DNA of 64,000 nt from Tubiluchus corallicola. Taxonomy: Eukaryota; Animalia; Priapulida. How positions within the stretch are numbered: the first letter of the stretch is position 1; every line of letters starts with the position of its first letter. Both the position numbers and the translations under genes were made by a program. Below the pieces are notes generated by a model. It saw only the letters and a list, made by a program, of their open reading frames with translations, searched no databases and was not told where the DNA came from. Below are positions 10,601 to 23,900 of this stretch, one piece after another. Location of the stretch: NCBI GenBank assembly GCA_030141605.1, contig JAQGDQ010000521.1, positions 91,870-155,869 on the forward strand, given 5' to 3'.

Positions 10601-13600
10601 TAATCTCAACATTATTAATTGTCAATTTGTCATACATAATTGTGTGGTATTAAGGACGCGCTGCAATACAGAACGCTAGAGCTAACACTAGGTGAAAAAC
10701 GAACGTTTTGATCGTACAGCTTTTTCTAGTTACGTGTTTCATCTATAAGTGTCATACGCTAGACGCGTAACTGAAACAGCTTACGTGAGTAGAATTAGCA
10801 GTGTGAATGGATATTATTCTATCTTAACTATTAACTAGCTTTAATATTAGGTTTCAGCTGCTTCCGTTTGCATTGTCTTATCTTCTAGGTCACTGAGGTC
10901 AAGCTAGTAGCACAAATACACAAATCTTTTGAGGTGACTCATGCGCACAGTGCAGTTGATTCCCACTTTGAGCTTGAAAGTCGGCAACGAACCCAACTGC
11001 CAAAAAATTAAATTCGTTGTGAACTTCTTATAATGTGTTAACATGCGATTACATTTAAAAAAAATGCTATAAATATTTAGGATTGATCATGCATCGTAGC
11101 AAATGCGAATAAATTTTTATTTGTTACATTTGTGCCAAATTTTCATTCATAAAAAATGCCAACTGCCATAATTTTAGTCCAAGTCGAATTAAAAAGAGAA
11201 GATAAATGAATTATTTCTAGGCCAGAATAAAATTCGGCTAACTTGCTTAAAATATTAAGCAAGAAGTGTATCATAATTTTTTACTTACCTGATACCTTCA
11301 AGACACAAAAATGGCGGTAATTAAATTGTTTTGGTAAAGTGGCACAGTTAGTTTAATTCTTACTTTACTTGTTATTTCACAAACGTTAATTAGTGAATAA
11401 ATGACATTTTTAAAACGTTTAACGCTAGTTTTTGTAACGTCAGTCATCAAACCGCATAATGCTTATTGAATTTTTATACATCTCACGTCTATGTGTATGA
11501 CAGCGTTTTGAAAAGGAGCATACAGTTATTACTGTAGTGTACATACATTAGTTCGTCAAAGTGAAGTTTGTACCTAATACATACCTGCATCTGTCATTAA
11601 GGCTACCTGAATTCCGGGTAATTGATACAGGAATGACATACTCGTGTCATTAACCCGCATTCCTTGAGCAGGTATTTTTACCTGCAGCTAGGAGGGATGC
11701 ATTAATGACAAAGAAAAACCACCTGCCCCATAATATGATTTTACTCATGTGATCATTTCCTAATACTTCTCGATCTCTGTGTTTAACTGTGGATAGCAAT
11801 CCACAGATTCACTAAAATCATGTTTCTGTGATTCAATATTTAGATTCATTTATCTGCTTCACATAGCAATTTTAGATTGTTATCTGTGGGTCTTAACTGG
11901 TGTACCTATCACTGTCTCTTACTCTGGTCAGTAATTCTGGTTTGTGAGGAACTTTTTTTCGTAACTTGTATCTCGCGTGCCTGTGTAAGTTTATCTTAAT
12001 AGGTTAGAAGCGTTAGTAAAATGTTAAAAAGGGATAAGGTCTTTATGATAAGTTTAAGGTTATACTTCAGAATTTCTTGTGATGTTTTAGTGTGCCAGTT
12101 TCATGTTAATTAAGACCTATTGTGCGAATGCCTTATAAAATTTATAGGGGTGAATAATGATAATTTTTAATAAGAAATAATAGAAACACAAAACCTTTTC
12201 CGAAAAACGAAAGCTTAAGCTTCCAGTAAGATACTAGTGTGGACATATGCTTGTTAAGCCTCCACACAAGTTAAAGAATGAAATTTACCTTGCACGCTAC
12301 GTGACCATGCAGTTCGCAAAATTTTCGCACTTCTGTTTGCGTGGGCTTGTTACAAGAAATAACAACGAAATAATCTTTAATTACAAGCAATGGAATGCTT
12401 TATGAAAATGTCCGTGTTTCTTTTATTTAGGGATTTTTGTGAATACGTTTTGGGAACAAAATTGAACAGATGCTTTATTATTCATATGGAGCATTTTCGC
12501 GTGGATTCCTATCCTGGCCGCTCTTTTAGTCCTATTTCTCTTCTACAAGATATTCGTTCCTTCATTTTCTATTTAGTTTCGTGTTTTCCTGCTTTCTGTG
12601 AAAAATATGAAGAACTGCAAACACGACCCATTTTCAAAAAAACCGTGGTTACTGCCTGTCTGCATGTACATGTATTTATATAGTTTGGACACGATGTTTT
12701 TGCAAGTTCAAATATGTCAAGGTTATCTGTGCCGTCTCGCTTTGGTACTGTACAACTTTCTTAGTTTCTAAACCTGCGTCTATATTTAAAACTACGCGTA
12801 GGAAGCTATCTGACAAGCTGACAGCTATCACTTACTAACGCAGTTTTTCTCGTGTCTATATTTAACTCGGTTTGCCTCTGCTATCAGCTACTATTTAATA
12901 AGTTTATTTAGTAACGCGTAGCGTCATCTGGCGACAGGCAAAAATAACGAAAATTCTTGCCAAGAAAAACAGCTTTTTGCGTGGTATTGCAAAATGCATG
13001 TACCTCATATTTTCCTTGCTGTTGAGGAAACTGCGCATAATTTTAAAGGTTAATTTTGCGAGTGAAATCTATGCAATAAGCACCCGTATAATGCCGGGAT
13101 CATAATTTGTGATTTTCAACTTTATAGGTGATGTTGACAATGACGGCAAAAGCTGCTAAAAATTTTTAATTGGTCCTAGTGCTGTTATAAGAAGTAAATA
13201 ACTTATTACTGCACTCATTTTTTTTTACATTTTTAACTATTTACTAAGTATTTATTAAGTATTGTTAAGTATGTAAAAGAAGTGATTTATATTTTACGGT
13301 GGGCCCAGTAAATAATAAGCATTAAATTGTTTTACATGCTGAGCTGGTAGTATTACATTCAGTATCGGATAGCACTGTTGTTTGTTTGTTCGCCCTTCAC
13401 AGGCCGTTGAACTCACTGACCTATTGTTAATATTCACAAGTGAGTTTTTGAGGTAGTCTTACTGCAGGCAGAATCCAGTGCAATCTTTCTACTTAGATTT
13501 GTTTACTCCAACAGTTCTTCACCACATCATACAGATCATCGTGGGATATTGTGTCAGCTCATTTAATACCTAGCGGTTTTTTGTAGAAATGCCTCTGAAA

Positions 13601-16600
13601 AGCATCAATTTCCTTCTACTGTTTAACTTTTATTGTCCATAGCGTGAGGTAGTTGATTAATATCAAATGCAACTGTTTGTTGAGTCCAAAAAAACAATGA
13701 TCACAAAGTAATTCAATTTAGAATCTGATTTTCCGTTGATTAATGTCAAAGGCAACTGTTTGCTGAATCCCCAAAGTATTAAACCTAGAATCTGATTTTC
13801 CATTTATCTTGGTAAAAGCCCTGCAACTTGTGCATTTTCCATGATGAGAGCTTGAGTAGTCAAGTAGTCTCTGTACAGAAGTTGCAGAGTTTTGTCTAGT
13901 TGCAGAACTTTCAACTCATCACTACATCAAACTGTACTTTCAATATTGCAAGATCATTAGACGTTATTGTCTCACTTGCAGTCTGCAGTAGATCTAGCTG
14001 CCGTAGCATAATTTACAGGTGAAATTTTTGTCTCTTTAGGTTGTATATTTTACTGCTACTTTTCCATATGTAGTACTCATCATATTCTGTGGACGAGCTT
14101 TGACGCTGAAAGGAGCTGGCATTGGTCTTAAGCATATGTTTACCCCAAATGTAAGTCTAGGTGTAATGTACTATGCTGTAGTTTAATGCTATATAAATAT
14201 TAATGTGATTTAACACAAAGATTTTTGTGTTCTGAAATACTAACGAGAGTATGTGTATTAACAGAAGCAAAACCTATGTAAAGAAGAAAAGACTTATAAC
14301 TTATGCATCTAAAGCATCTTCATCAGAATAAATGAAAAATTAAGATGTTACTTAACAGAAGTGGCAAGATAAATTCATTATCACTATTTCTAAAAATGTT
14401 TAGCTTGTGCTTTATCTGAAGTGAGTATGTCATCAGTTCGTAAAAGAGAGTGCAAGTTTTGAATTATTTTCTATTGTATTTGTATTATACTGAATTTTTG
14501 GTACCTAAATGGTGCAGTATCCACAAGGTAGCCCAAAATGCAGTTATCTATGCAAGAAGGTTTTGTAAAAATGACGTAGTTTGTGTTAGTTGACCTAGTT
14601 TGTCTTTCTTGTCAATGTATGATATCGCAAACTTTATGCACATCTTACATATGAACGTTATGTTGCCTTTTACGTTTACAACGAATCATCCTTGAATTAT
14701 TAGGAGTCTTAGTTTGTGCCTGTATCACATAAAGACAACTGCATTTTTAGTGTTTAATGCACATTTTATGCACATTAAACTAAGTTTCAAGGTGTTTTTC
14801 TTTGCAGATCGATCAACTTCGTGACCCTACAGTGTGGCTTGATGCAGCTACGCAGATTTTCTACTCTCTAGGCCTTGCGTTTGGTTCTCTAATTGCCTTT
14901 GCTAGTTATAACCCGCCTACGAGTAACTGTCGTCGTGATGCAGTTGCCGTATCACTTATCAACTGTAGCACTTCAATCTTTGCCAGCATCGTCGTGTTTG
15001 CCGTGCTTGGTTTCAAAGCTGTCAACATGCATGAAAGCTGCATTGAGGAGTAAGTGGCTTGCTATGTTTATGTTTAGTTAGTTAAAACGTTTTTAACTTT
15101 TTGGTCATCTTTTTTGTTAACTCAAGGTTCAGCATCCGCTCGAGTGTTTGACCTGTTGTTGAGATTTGCCATATAATCATAAATTTAATTGATATTTTGA
15201 GTAAAAATAATTAGCCAAAATCATCTCTCGCTCCTGTGTTTTTTATTTAAATAACTAGTGGTTTCTGTCATCATCAGGTGGCTATTAGGACTTGCTGTGA
15301 CAGCTGTCATTAGTATCAGTCAGTTGACCTCTGGCGAAGACTCTGTCGTTAGTACGTCTGACCATAGAAATTATTAATTAAGTATTTCTTTGTTTAATTC
15401 CAGTCTGTATGATCCACAAGCCTAATTTTTCCTACATACAATTTTCTGTGGAGATACCTGAGTGGTTGAAGCCTAAAATGACTCTATACCAAACAATGTC
15501 TGAAGTAGTAACATCTCTATCAAGAAATTTCTTTTTGGAGATTTGCTAAACATTCTGCTTGTTAATCCTATGAATGGGTCATACCTTCAGTGACCAAGTT
15601 ATGACTTATGACCATAGGTTAAAAACACAGTGCCTGTAGTGCACTCAAACAGTTGTGTTGTGCTAATTTAGAGCTGCTTGTTTAACTATTTTTTTGTCAT
15701 CTGACATCTACATGGTTAGCATTGAAACTGCTAAGCTTAAGTCAATAAACACTGAATACAAAGTGGCGGGCAAAACTTTTGATGTGTCGTCACATAATGA
15801 AAATGTAACTAAAACTATGTGTATTGCTTGTTATAATGAAACATAAAATGTGCCTGTTATATTCATAAAAATGACTGTAACTAAATACTGCCATTGGTTG
15901 CTATTAAGTGTGTCAGGTTAAGTTGTTGTCTAATGCATTTTCACGATCTATAACCTTCAAATATTTTGACTTAGTTGACTGAGTTGACTTAGTTTAATAA
16001 ATTTGATTCAAGTTCTTATTTCATCTCTGCTCATTTTTTCCAGTGCACTGTTGGCTATAAATGAGTCTGGTTTAATTCCTGATATAAATGCATCTCTAAT
16101 CAGTACAGAACAAGAGTTGGAGGAGTTGCTATCTCATCACAATGAAACCATTTATCATCTTGGTATACGTCCGTGTCGAATAGAAGATGAACTTAATCAG
16201 GTAACGCAATTTATACTGACACTTTTAACTTCAAGAACGAAGGCATCTGATTTATAACTTAGAGTAACAGTAAATAGTCGATTACTTTTATCTCATTGGT
16301 AAATACACACAATTCCAAAGTGTGCTTCGAAAGATGCACGACGACAATCCGCTAAAAAGACTTTTCTCCGATCATTAGGGAAATTGAGACAGCAATAGGA
16401 TAAACGTTAAATAAAATTCTAAGTGCATATCTATGTAAAAAAACTAGTCACAAAATGTTAAATCTAATCATAAATATTAGAAAGTAACGAAATATGAATT
16501 GTTGCATAAAGTAATAGCCTTGTCACTTATGATATCCACGAAAATGTTGAAGAATGATATTTATATGCAACTGATGCTGATGATGATTTTGCTTGTCTTT

Positions 16601-19600
16601 TTCACAGCAATTGTTTATTACTGATAAGTATTATAATTATGATGTAAACACTTTACGTCTTTGGAATTATAAGTGGTTCATCTGTCAGTTTTTATATTTT
16701 TATAGTGGGCGAGAACTTGATGTGACTTTTTTCTTGTCTGTTTTCTTCAAAAGTTCTAGATGTTTTTTTTTTTACTTTGAATCATGCAATAGGATCATGC
16801 TTAAAATAAAAGTGGCATCAGAACTTCGAAAAATTCTGCAAAGTATGTGAATTTGCTAAGGGTTTCATTTTTAACAACAACAGAGTTATTCTTAATTTTA
16901 ACTTATGGCATGGAGATGCCTGAAACATTTTTTGCACACATTTGTATTTTTAGGCGGCAGAGGGTACTGGACTGGCATTTATTGTGTTCACACAAGCAAT
17001 TGTGGAGTTACCTGGTGCCCCTCTGTGGAGCGTTCTGTTCTTTCTCATGTTGCTGACTCTTGGTCTTGGTTCCATGTTTGGTACGGAGGAGGGGGTCATC
17101 ACATCTATATTTGACATGAACTTGTTTACTTGGATGCGAAAAGAAATACTCTCAGGTAAATTTCGCAGTGTAGCTTTTATCATTTAACAAATCTATGTCT
17201 TGTGCTGTTGATCCTTCTGCACATTAATAAGATATCGTCATTGATCAACGATCACTGCACAATGATTTATGTGTGGACTGGTTTACATAGTTCATTATTT
17301 AATTTTGATAATTCACTCTGCAAAAATAATTTTTAGTTTTTTATTTGATTGGGCAGATAGGCAGATAAGTCGAATTCTGTTGTAATGTATTAGGGATGTA
17401 ACATTGTGAACAAAATTATACAGTTATTATGTGATGCAGGGGCTAGTCAGTAACTAGTTATTACGTGATGCGCTGGTTATTCAGTGTCCAGACCAATCAG
17501 TTCTCATCGCTACTTGCTTCATGCAGTGAAAGCTTGCAGTTTTTTACTTCTTTTGCTGTTAACAACTCTTGCCCTAGTTTTATTGCTTCTGTCTGCATCC
17601 TAAAGGCACATGGTTTTTTACAACGTCCTTGAACCGAACTAAGACAAGCTTTCTACATCAGCTAGTAGTGTCTGAACTGAGATGAATATTATGTATCGGG
17701 CAAGTAAAATATTGCCTGAAGTTGCTGAACTGCGTAGATATTTTAGATTTTGTAAACAAAAATTTGGACAAACATTTTCTGGGTCTCCTTGACCTAAGTT
17801 CAAAAAGATTTTAAAACTAAGCTGTTTGATGGGTACCAATTTATAGATAAGTGTTACTAAGTTTTCAAATTGTGCGGTGCTCAGTAATAAAATATATTCA
17901 AAAATAACAACTATATTGCATCAGACTGGCACCTGTTGTTTGGTTAAATTGAATTAAAATGTCAACTAGCTCCCACTGTGTAAACAAACATATTTTGCTA
18001 ATGTGACATATATTTACAAATTGAAAAGAGTTCTTAACTTCTTGCATACCTTTGATTTTTTTTTGTAATTAAAGGGGTAAACGATGTGTAAGTTGTTTGC
18101 AAGAGTATGCTTCACATTAGCATTACCCATAAAATAATTCACTGAGTTGTAGCAGTGAAATAGCTTTTATAATATTATGATAAATTTTATCTTTCTTGAA
18201 TTTCCTATCCTGCAAAAGACATTTTTTGCATATTTAACATTTCATTTTGTTACAGGGATAGTTTGCGGTGTTTCTTTTTTCATCGGTATGATATTTGTAA
18301 CCGGGTCAGGAGAATATTGGCTGAAACTATTTGACACATTCAGTGGCACAATGTCTCTCATGGCCATAGCGTTCTTTGAGGTTATAGGTGTAATGTACAT
18401 CTATGGGTTCAAAAGGTGAACTTTTTTGCACTTTGTTTAACATGTTTTAAAAATATCTTTCATTGATATATATTACTGGTGCTTTATTATTGTTTTTTAA
18501 AAATAATCTTGCTGATAGTCAAATTACTGTTTTGTTAAAGCACAAGAAAACCCTCCACTTATATAAAGATTAAAAAATTCGCTTCGAAATTTTATACCAC
18601 ATACGTACTACCTTTTTGCATGCATGGCTTGCATCGGCTGTAACACTGTATTAAATATATAAATTTAAACTCCTGTGATGACAGTTAGACGCAACCATTT
18701 TGATGGTAGGTTGAAACAAGTTTTGATAACATTAAGTAAAGTTTGAAAAAATAATCAGAGCATTCGCAGCATACATGTTGCATACTAAGTAAAATTTTAA
18801 ATTGCTGTATCTTGTCAATAACATTAAAAATACGTTTTTGGCTAGTGAGTGGTGCACCCTGGAGGGTGGGTCAGCAACATTTTACCAATTGACACAAACA
18901 TTTTAAATTGTTATTTTTAGTTACATATGTCTTTCCAGCAAGTAAGCGAAATGCTAAGATTTGCACGGAAAGTTTTTTGGGACATAATTTAACATTGCCT
19001 TTTCTTCCCCTGATTTATGTTTGCGTAGGTGACTTCATGTAATGGCGCTGTCAGAACAGTATTGCGGGGCGATTTAAAATGTAAACAAATAAAAATTCCT
19101 TTCAAAGCGAGTACGATATGTGCATAAAATTGCTGTGAAGTAGTATAATTTTTTAAGTTGATTTTTCTGAAACCTACTTCAGGTATCTCTTTTCTTGTCC
19201 TTTAAATATCATTTTTTTGCAATTTGGATTACAGCACAGTTTGATTAACAAATCTACATTGGCACAAAGCTAGCTGGGTTTGTTAAACAGTCTGATTTAT
19301 CAACTCTAAAGGATCTATAAGTAGGATACTAGTACTTTTCCAATAGGTCTGTAGTATATTGCAAACCTAATTTGTGTCCTTTGGTATAGTGAAACTAATC
19401 ACAAAATAACCAATCTAAGTATTACGATTTGAAACATCTGCAAATTAATTTTGATTAAACTGACTTTAAATCATACTACTTAACGTATTTAATAATTTTT
19501 GGCCCGTTAACAAAGACCTATACATACAAAATGAGAGTGGCCATTGCTATGCTTTCGGTGTCAAATATTAACTGGCCACAAAGTCGCCAACAACACACGC

Positions 19601-20972
19601 ATGTTTATCAATTTGCCACTGTTATTTTAAATCTAAAATTGGCAAACTGTGCCCAAGTGGATTTATAAAGCAAAAGGTGGATTAAATAAGTGGCAATTTT
19701 TGCAGTCTTTCTAGTGCAGATTGAACATAATAAGCTCCCAGTTTAATAGTGTCATTCCTTTTTCAGATTCTCTGATGACCTAGAGGATATGGTAGGACAA
19801 AGACCGGGCATCTACTGGCAGGCAACATGGCGATTTATTGGCCCTTTACTGATGCTCATTGTCTTCATTTCAAGTGTGGCTGTTCGCTTGTCAAACCCTA
19901 TCACGTATAAAGCTTATAACAAGGAATTGGTGAGTTTACCAACTTTGTACTTTTACACGACAAATATATGCACATGACTTTGTGACACGTTTCAGTCCTG
20001 TCTTCTCAAATAATTTACTGGCAGTTAGTCATGATGTTTTTCAAGGTATACTTTCAAGCTGATTTGCCATTTGTCCCTTGGACTGCTATTCCAAGTACTT
20101 CCCACTTGTCATTCTTTGTTGTACTGTAAATGCTACTGAATTAATTTTTAATGAGGTCCATATAAGTTGTGGAAGTTGCGCCAGCCATATCTCTTGATTC
20201 TTTTCCACTAATCAAAAAGCATCGAGGATTGGATAATCACTGGGCCAGAGTTGTTTTAGACTAGTTCCAGAGCTTCTGAGTTTTTAAGAAGGCACAAGTG
20301 GACCAATGGTACTAACATATATATTGCTAATAGCATTGTCACTAGCTTTTATTCTACAGTATATTAATTAAACACTGCACGCATATGGTAAAGCAGCAAC
20401 CTAAAAAAAAGTTAATATGCAAATTTTTGTTTGATGATATATAAATATGTTAATGTAAAATTTTTCTGTCTTCAAAATTGTTTTGTAAAATTTTTCTGTT
20501 TTCAAAATTGTTTTATTTGCAAATAATAATTTCATTGATATGCCAATTTATGATGTTGAAGAAGAATACGGATATTCTTGGATAGCTTCTAAAATGCATA
20601 TTGTGGCATTTTGTACTGGCACTCATTGTTGAAGTATGTATGTCTAACTTACAAGTATGTACAAGTGTCAATAACTGTTCATTTTTATAGGGTATCACTG
20701 AAGAGGAACAATACCCATGGTGGGCTACTGCCATCTGCATTGTGATAGTCCTTGCAGGCATGATGCCCATCCCAACAGTTGCCATACTTCGCTTTTTCAA
20801 TATCATGAAAGTGGAAACGGATATTCCGATGAGTGTGAAGAAGCTGAACACGACGCCTTCAACAACGGCCATGATTGGGAGAAATGCTATTAATCATGAT
20901 AACGGTGATGACAATGCTTCGCTCGACTCCGGCCACAATTCTGAGGTAGATTTATCCCAGGTTGCATGGTAG
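4640..20972 (+). CDS. SLC6 sodium-dependent neutral amino-acid transporter (SLC6A15/17/18/19, B0AT-like), 681 aa
   Basis: Coding exons 4640-4904, 5532-5995, 14040-14150, 14808-15049, 16044-16200, 16954-17155, 18256-18415, 19767-19929, 20691-20972; all GT-AG with consistent phases; total 2046 nt. SNF motifs: [116 protein letters not shown]. The enlarged EL4 insert (exon 16044-16200) is typical of the nutrient amino-acid branch. The exon carrying the ATG starts at acceptor 4428/4429. Confidence 0.95.
6089..6240. repeat. CT/CCCT-rich microsatellite
   Basis: Pure pyrimidine run of (CT)n and (CCCT)n units in SLC6 intron 2. Confidence 0.95.
6441..7040. mobile_element. Interspersed element with four tandem units of about 130-140 bp (possibly Helentron-associated/HINE-like)
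   Basis: A CAAATTTCA(A/T)C core recurs at about 6503, 6645, 6773 and 6913, with shared flanks (GACATCCTA / GACGTCGTG, AATTAATTAA). Family assignment is by motif resemblance only. Confidence 0.55.
8388..10021. mobile_element. Foldback-like non-autonomous element with inverted arrays of about 15-bp GGTAC repeats
   Basis: Left arm 8390-8490 has repeated (T)GGTAC(G/T/A) with about 15-bp spacing. Right arm 9768-10020 has the reverse-complement GTACC/GTATC array. Termini GGGTGAATTGGTACTAG versus CTAGTATCAAACTTACCG. No TSD confirmed. Confidence 0.6.
8985..9710. repeat. Long degenerate trinucleotide repeat (TCA/AAC/AGC/ATG)
   Basis: About 700 bp of mixed CAT/TCA, CAA/AAC and GAT triplets; it generates the low-complexity ORFs in the track. 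Confidence 0.9.
10650..13006. mobile_element. Possible old TIR element (Kolobok-like TTAAGG...CCT ends)
   Basis: Left TTAAGGACGCGCTGCAATAC...ACGCTAGACGCGTAACTGAAACAGCTT versus reverse complement of right AGGTACATGCATTTTGCAATAC...ACGCTACGCGTTACTAAATAAACTT. Degenerate; no coding remnant seen. Confidence 0.3.
13652..13800. repeat. Imperfect tandem duplication (about 83/66 bp)
   Basis: GTTGATTAAT(A/G)TCAAA(T/G)GCAACTGTTTG...TAGAATCTGATTTTCC occurs twice in tandem. Confidence 0.75.
18539..19201 (+). mobile_element. Kolobok-like MITE, long copy (TTAA target, AG...CT termini)
   Basis: TTAA|AGCACAAGAAAA ... TTTTCTTGTCCT|TTAA (11/12 TIR match); homologous to the copy at 44778-45130. Confidence 0.8.
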
Positions 20973-23900
20973 TCAGTCGAGATATTATGCATGGTATTTG
21001 GCAGTTGTGCCTGCTTGAAGTAACACCATGTATTGACGGACCTGTTGAAAGAAGAGCTTAAGCTACTAGCATAGTTGTTAATCAGATGACAAACATTTGG
21101 TAGAAATGAGTTTTTTGAAAGTTGTGCTTGGTTATCAAAGCTAAGTAATTCCAAACTTAGTCATGCATTAGTCATTGGTGGAAAAACTGCATCTGAGCAG
21201 TTTCACCTGCCGTACTGCTTCCGGGTATTTGGAAACTGTATGTGATAAACACAATTCTAGCGGTTTTTTGTATTATCTTGGAGAATTATATTTGGTAGGC
21301 CCTAATGAGCCAAATCCCGGTCATGCTACATATATTCGACATTAGTAGTATGATTTGGTCGTTAAGCAGAAATGCATATAAAAATCAAACTTAGTTGATG
21401 ACCTCCTGGGTTTTTATATCATTGCATGTTTCTTTTCTATTTCTTCAGGAATGCAAAGAAACTAATATGATTGTTAATTTCTCTTTTATACATCACTAAT
21501 GGTTTGATTGGTAGTGTATAAATCTAATGCGTTGATTAAAGTTTTTAGTTTTTGAAGTCTATTAAAAGCATTAACAGTGTTTTCTTTTGCAAATTTGCCA
21601 ATAACAGTTTGTGTTGCACATCAAATTTGTCTGCTTTCAGTTGATTGTGTAAAGCTAATGAGTCATTACTGGAGCTGGATTACTTTACATGTAAGATGCA
21701 TGTTTCAGCATTTTTGTGTTTCCTAAAATTGTGTTGATGCACTTTGATGTTCTTTGAGGGCAAATTTGAATAGACATGAAGTTTTCAGGGGACAAAAACT
21801 TAAATATTTATTATACATATCAGTATTTTCCCTAAGGGTATTTGCTAGTGAAAAAAAGTTTGGCAACGACCTACATACTACATTTATAGTCAACTGATCC
21901 ACAGTGCAGTTGGTGTGCTGTCCTCCCTTCATTGTCGAATTATGCTTGTCCAGCACGTTGGTCTGTTTTCTTGCTTTCCAGACATATCTGATTGATTTAC
22001 CTGGTTATTTATGATTTTCATTGTGTAATGAGTGTTTTACTTAATCATATTGTCCATATGTGGAACCTTTTATTTTTTTATTTAAAATGTGGAGAATAAC
22101 AATGCATTGCTAGAAGAATTTATGTTAGGATGATTGCAAAACAGTGCAAACTTGTTGATACTTAGTTTGATGTGGTAAGCCTCATTTGTGCGTGTACATT
22201 GCATGAATTGGTTATAGCATGCTTTTTTGCATCTGCATTCATATTGTAATTTGATACACTTGAACAGCATGCCATTGTGGCCACCACCATTAATTCCTTT
22301 TTTACACATAGTCTGAGTTATTATTCTCTGTTTGGCGAATCATTTTTTTTTTTTGCAATTAACTGTATGCAGTTATAGTACTAAGTTAAATATGGCATAG
22401 TATGTGGATTAATGCAGTAATTTAAAGGTGCTCTTATAAATTTCGACGCTTGATTCTTATGCCAGTAGTAGTAAAATACCAATTAAGTTTTCTTGAAAAA
22501 ATTTGTCTGACTTTCAAACAAGGCGGTACTGTTCCATGTTCCAAGTTTGTTTAATTAAAATTGAACGAGTGAATTAACTACGTTTTGTTATTAATTTTGC
22601 AGCCATTGTAGGTCAAAGAGTTCACATTATCTGGTCATGGATAAAGATTGGTGTAGTTAGGCTGGTTATGCTGTCACCATGTGCCGGATTTGCAGGAACA
22701 AATCCTAAACCAGTTGTTAGAAGTTTAGGGCAATTAACAATTACGTAATATTAGTAAAATAATCCCATTTTTTACATAAAATATGAAAAAGACCGTAACA
22801 TTTGTGACTCCTCGTGTTGAACATAGTGATAATGGGCATTGCCAGTAATATGCACAATTTTAGTGGATACTAAATATACTGGAACTTAGGTAGTATAAAT
22901 TTGTTGAATGCTACCTTAACTGACCACCAAACAGGCAAACCTGCTCTCGAGTTCAAGGGGTCAATTTAAAATAAAAGAGCTTTACAGTACTACATTATCG
23001 TCGCAGCAAATGAATTTTTGAGTTTTCTATTTTGCTATAATGTTTACGATTGTAAATGAATCAGCAAAGGCATGTTGTCTGTTTCGAGCAAAATATATAC
23101 ATTGAGACTTGCCTTGTGAAAACTGATTTCATTACTAATATTTACGTATTAGAAAAAGTATTACAAAAGGTGTATATGTGACTCTGTGTGCTTGCGGTGG
23201 TATAGGATAGCCTTAAAACTTTTGACATCTTTTATATAATACCTAAGCTTATCATGTTTATTGCAATACTTGAAATTTAAATATGTACAGTAAATTACGT
23301 CTGAAAGCATACTGCATTTAGAGCTGTGTTAATGGACACCGGTTCACCAAATGCTGATTAATTGCAATTAATGCTAAACGCTCATGTAAATAAGGTTCCT
23401 GCTATTGCTTTTTGTTTTTGTTAATTGATTTTTTTCAGATTTTTATTTTTACGTAATCCTGGCAATGGGCATTAGTGTAGTTATTCTGTGTATTATTGTC
23501 AGCTGGCCTATTTTGTCTTCCTCCTTGTGCTGTAGATGTGTTATTCATGTAGCATGCATGTATTGTACATACTACTGAAAGTCCTTTACAGCTTATTCTA
23601 CAAAGGCAACTGTAAATCCCTCTTCAGATGGTTTGAAAGAACACCACATAAGTTTTGAACAAACACTTCCATTTGAACATAATAGAACAAATATACAATG
23701 GGCTGCCATTTCATTCTCTAATTAGTCTGACAACTGTTTTAATCTAGTCAGCCATCTTGAGTGAACCAATGCAATTTGCTGGTGGTACAACAATTATTAT
23801 CTTTTTGAGTATTTACCTCTAAAATTGGTACCAAATTCTTATGCTTGCTAGAAGAGGATTCGAGTCGCAAGTAAATGTCAATAGTTGTCACTTTTTCAGC

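Noticed and set aside
21309-21358. Small hairpin after ATGA in the SLC6 3' region as a SECIS
   Set aside because: No in-frame TGA in the CDS and no proper AUGA/GA quartet with an apical AA loop.
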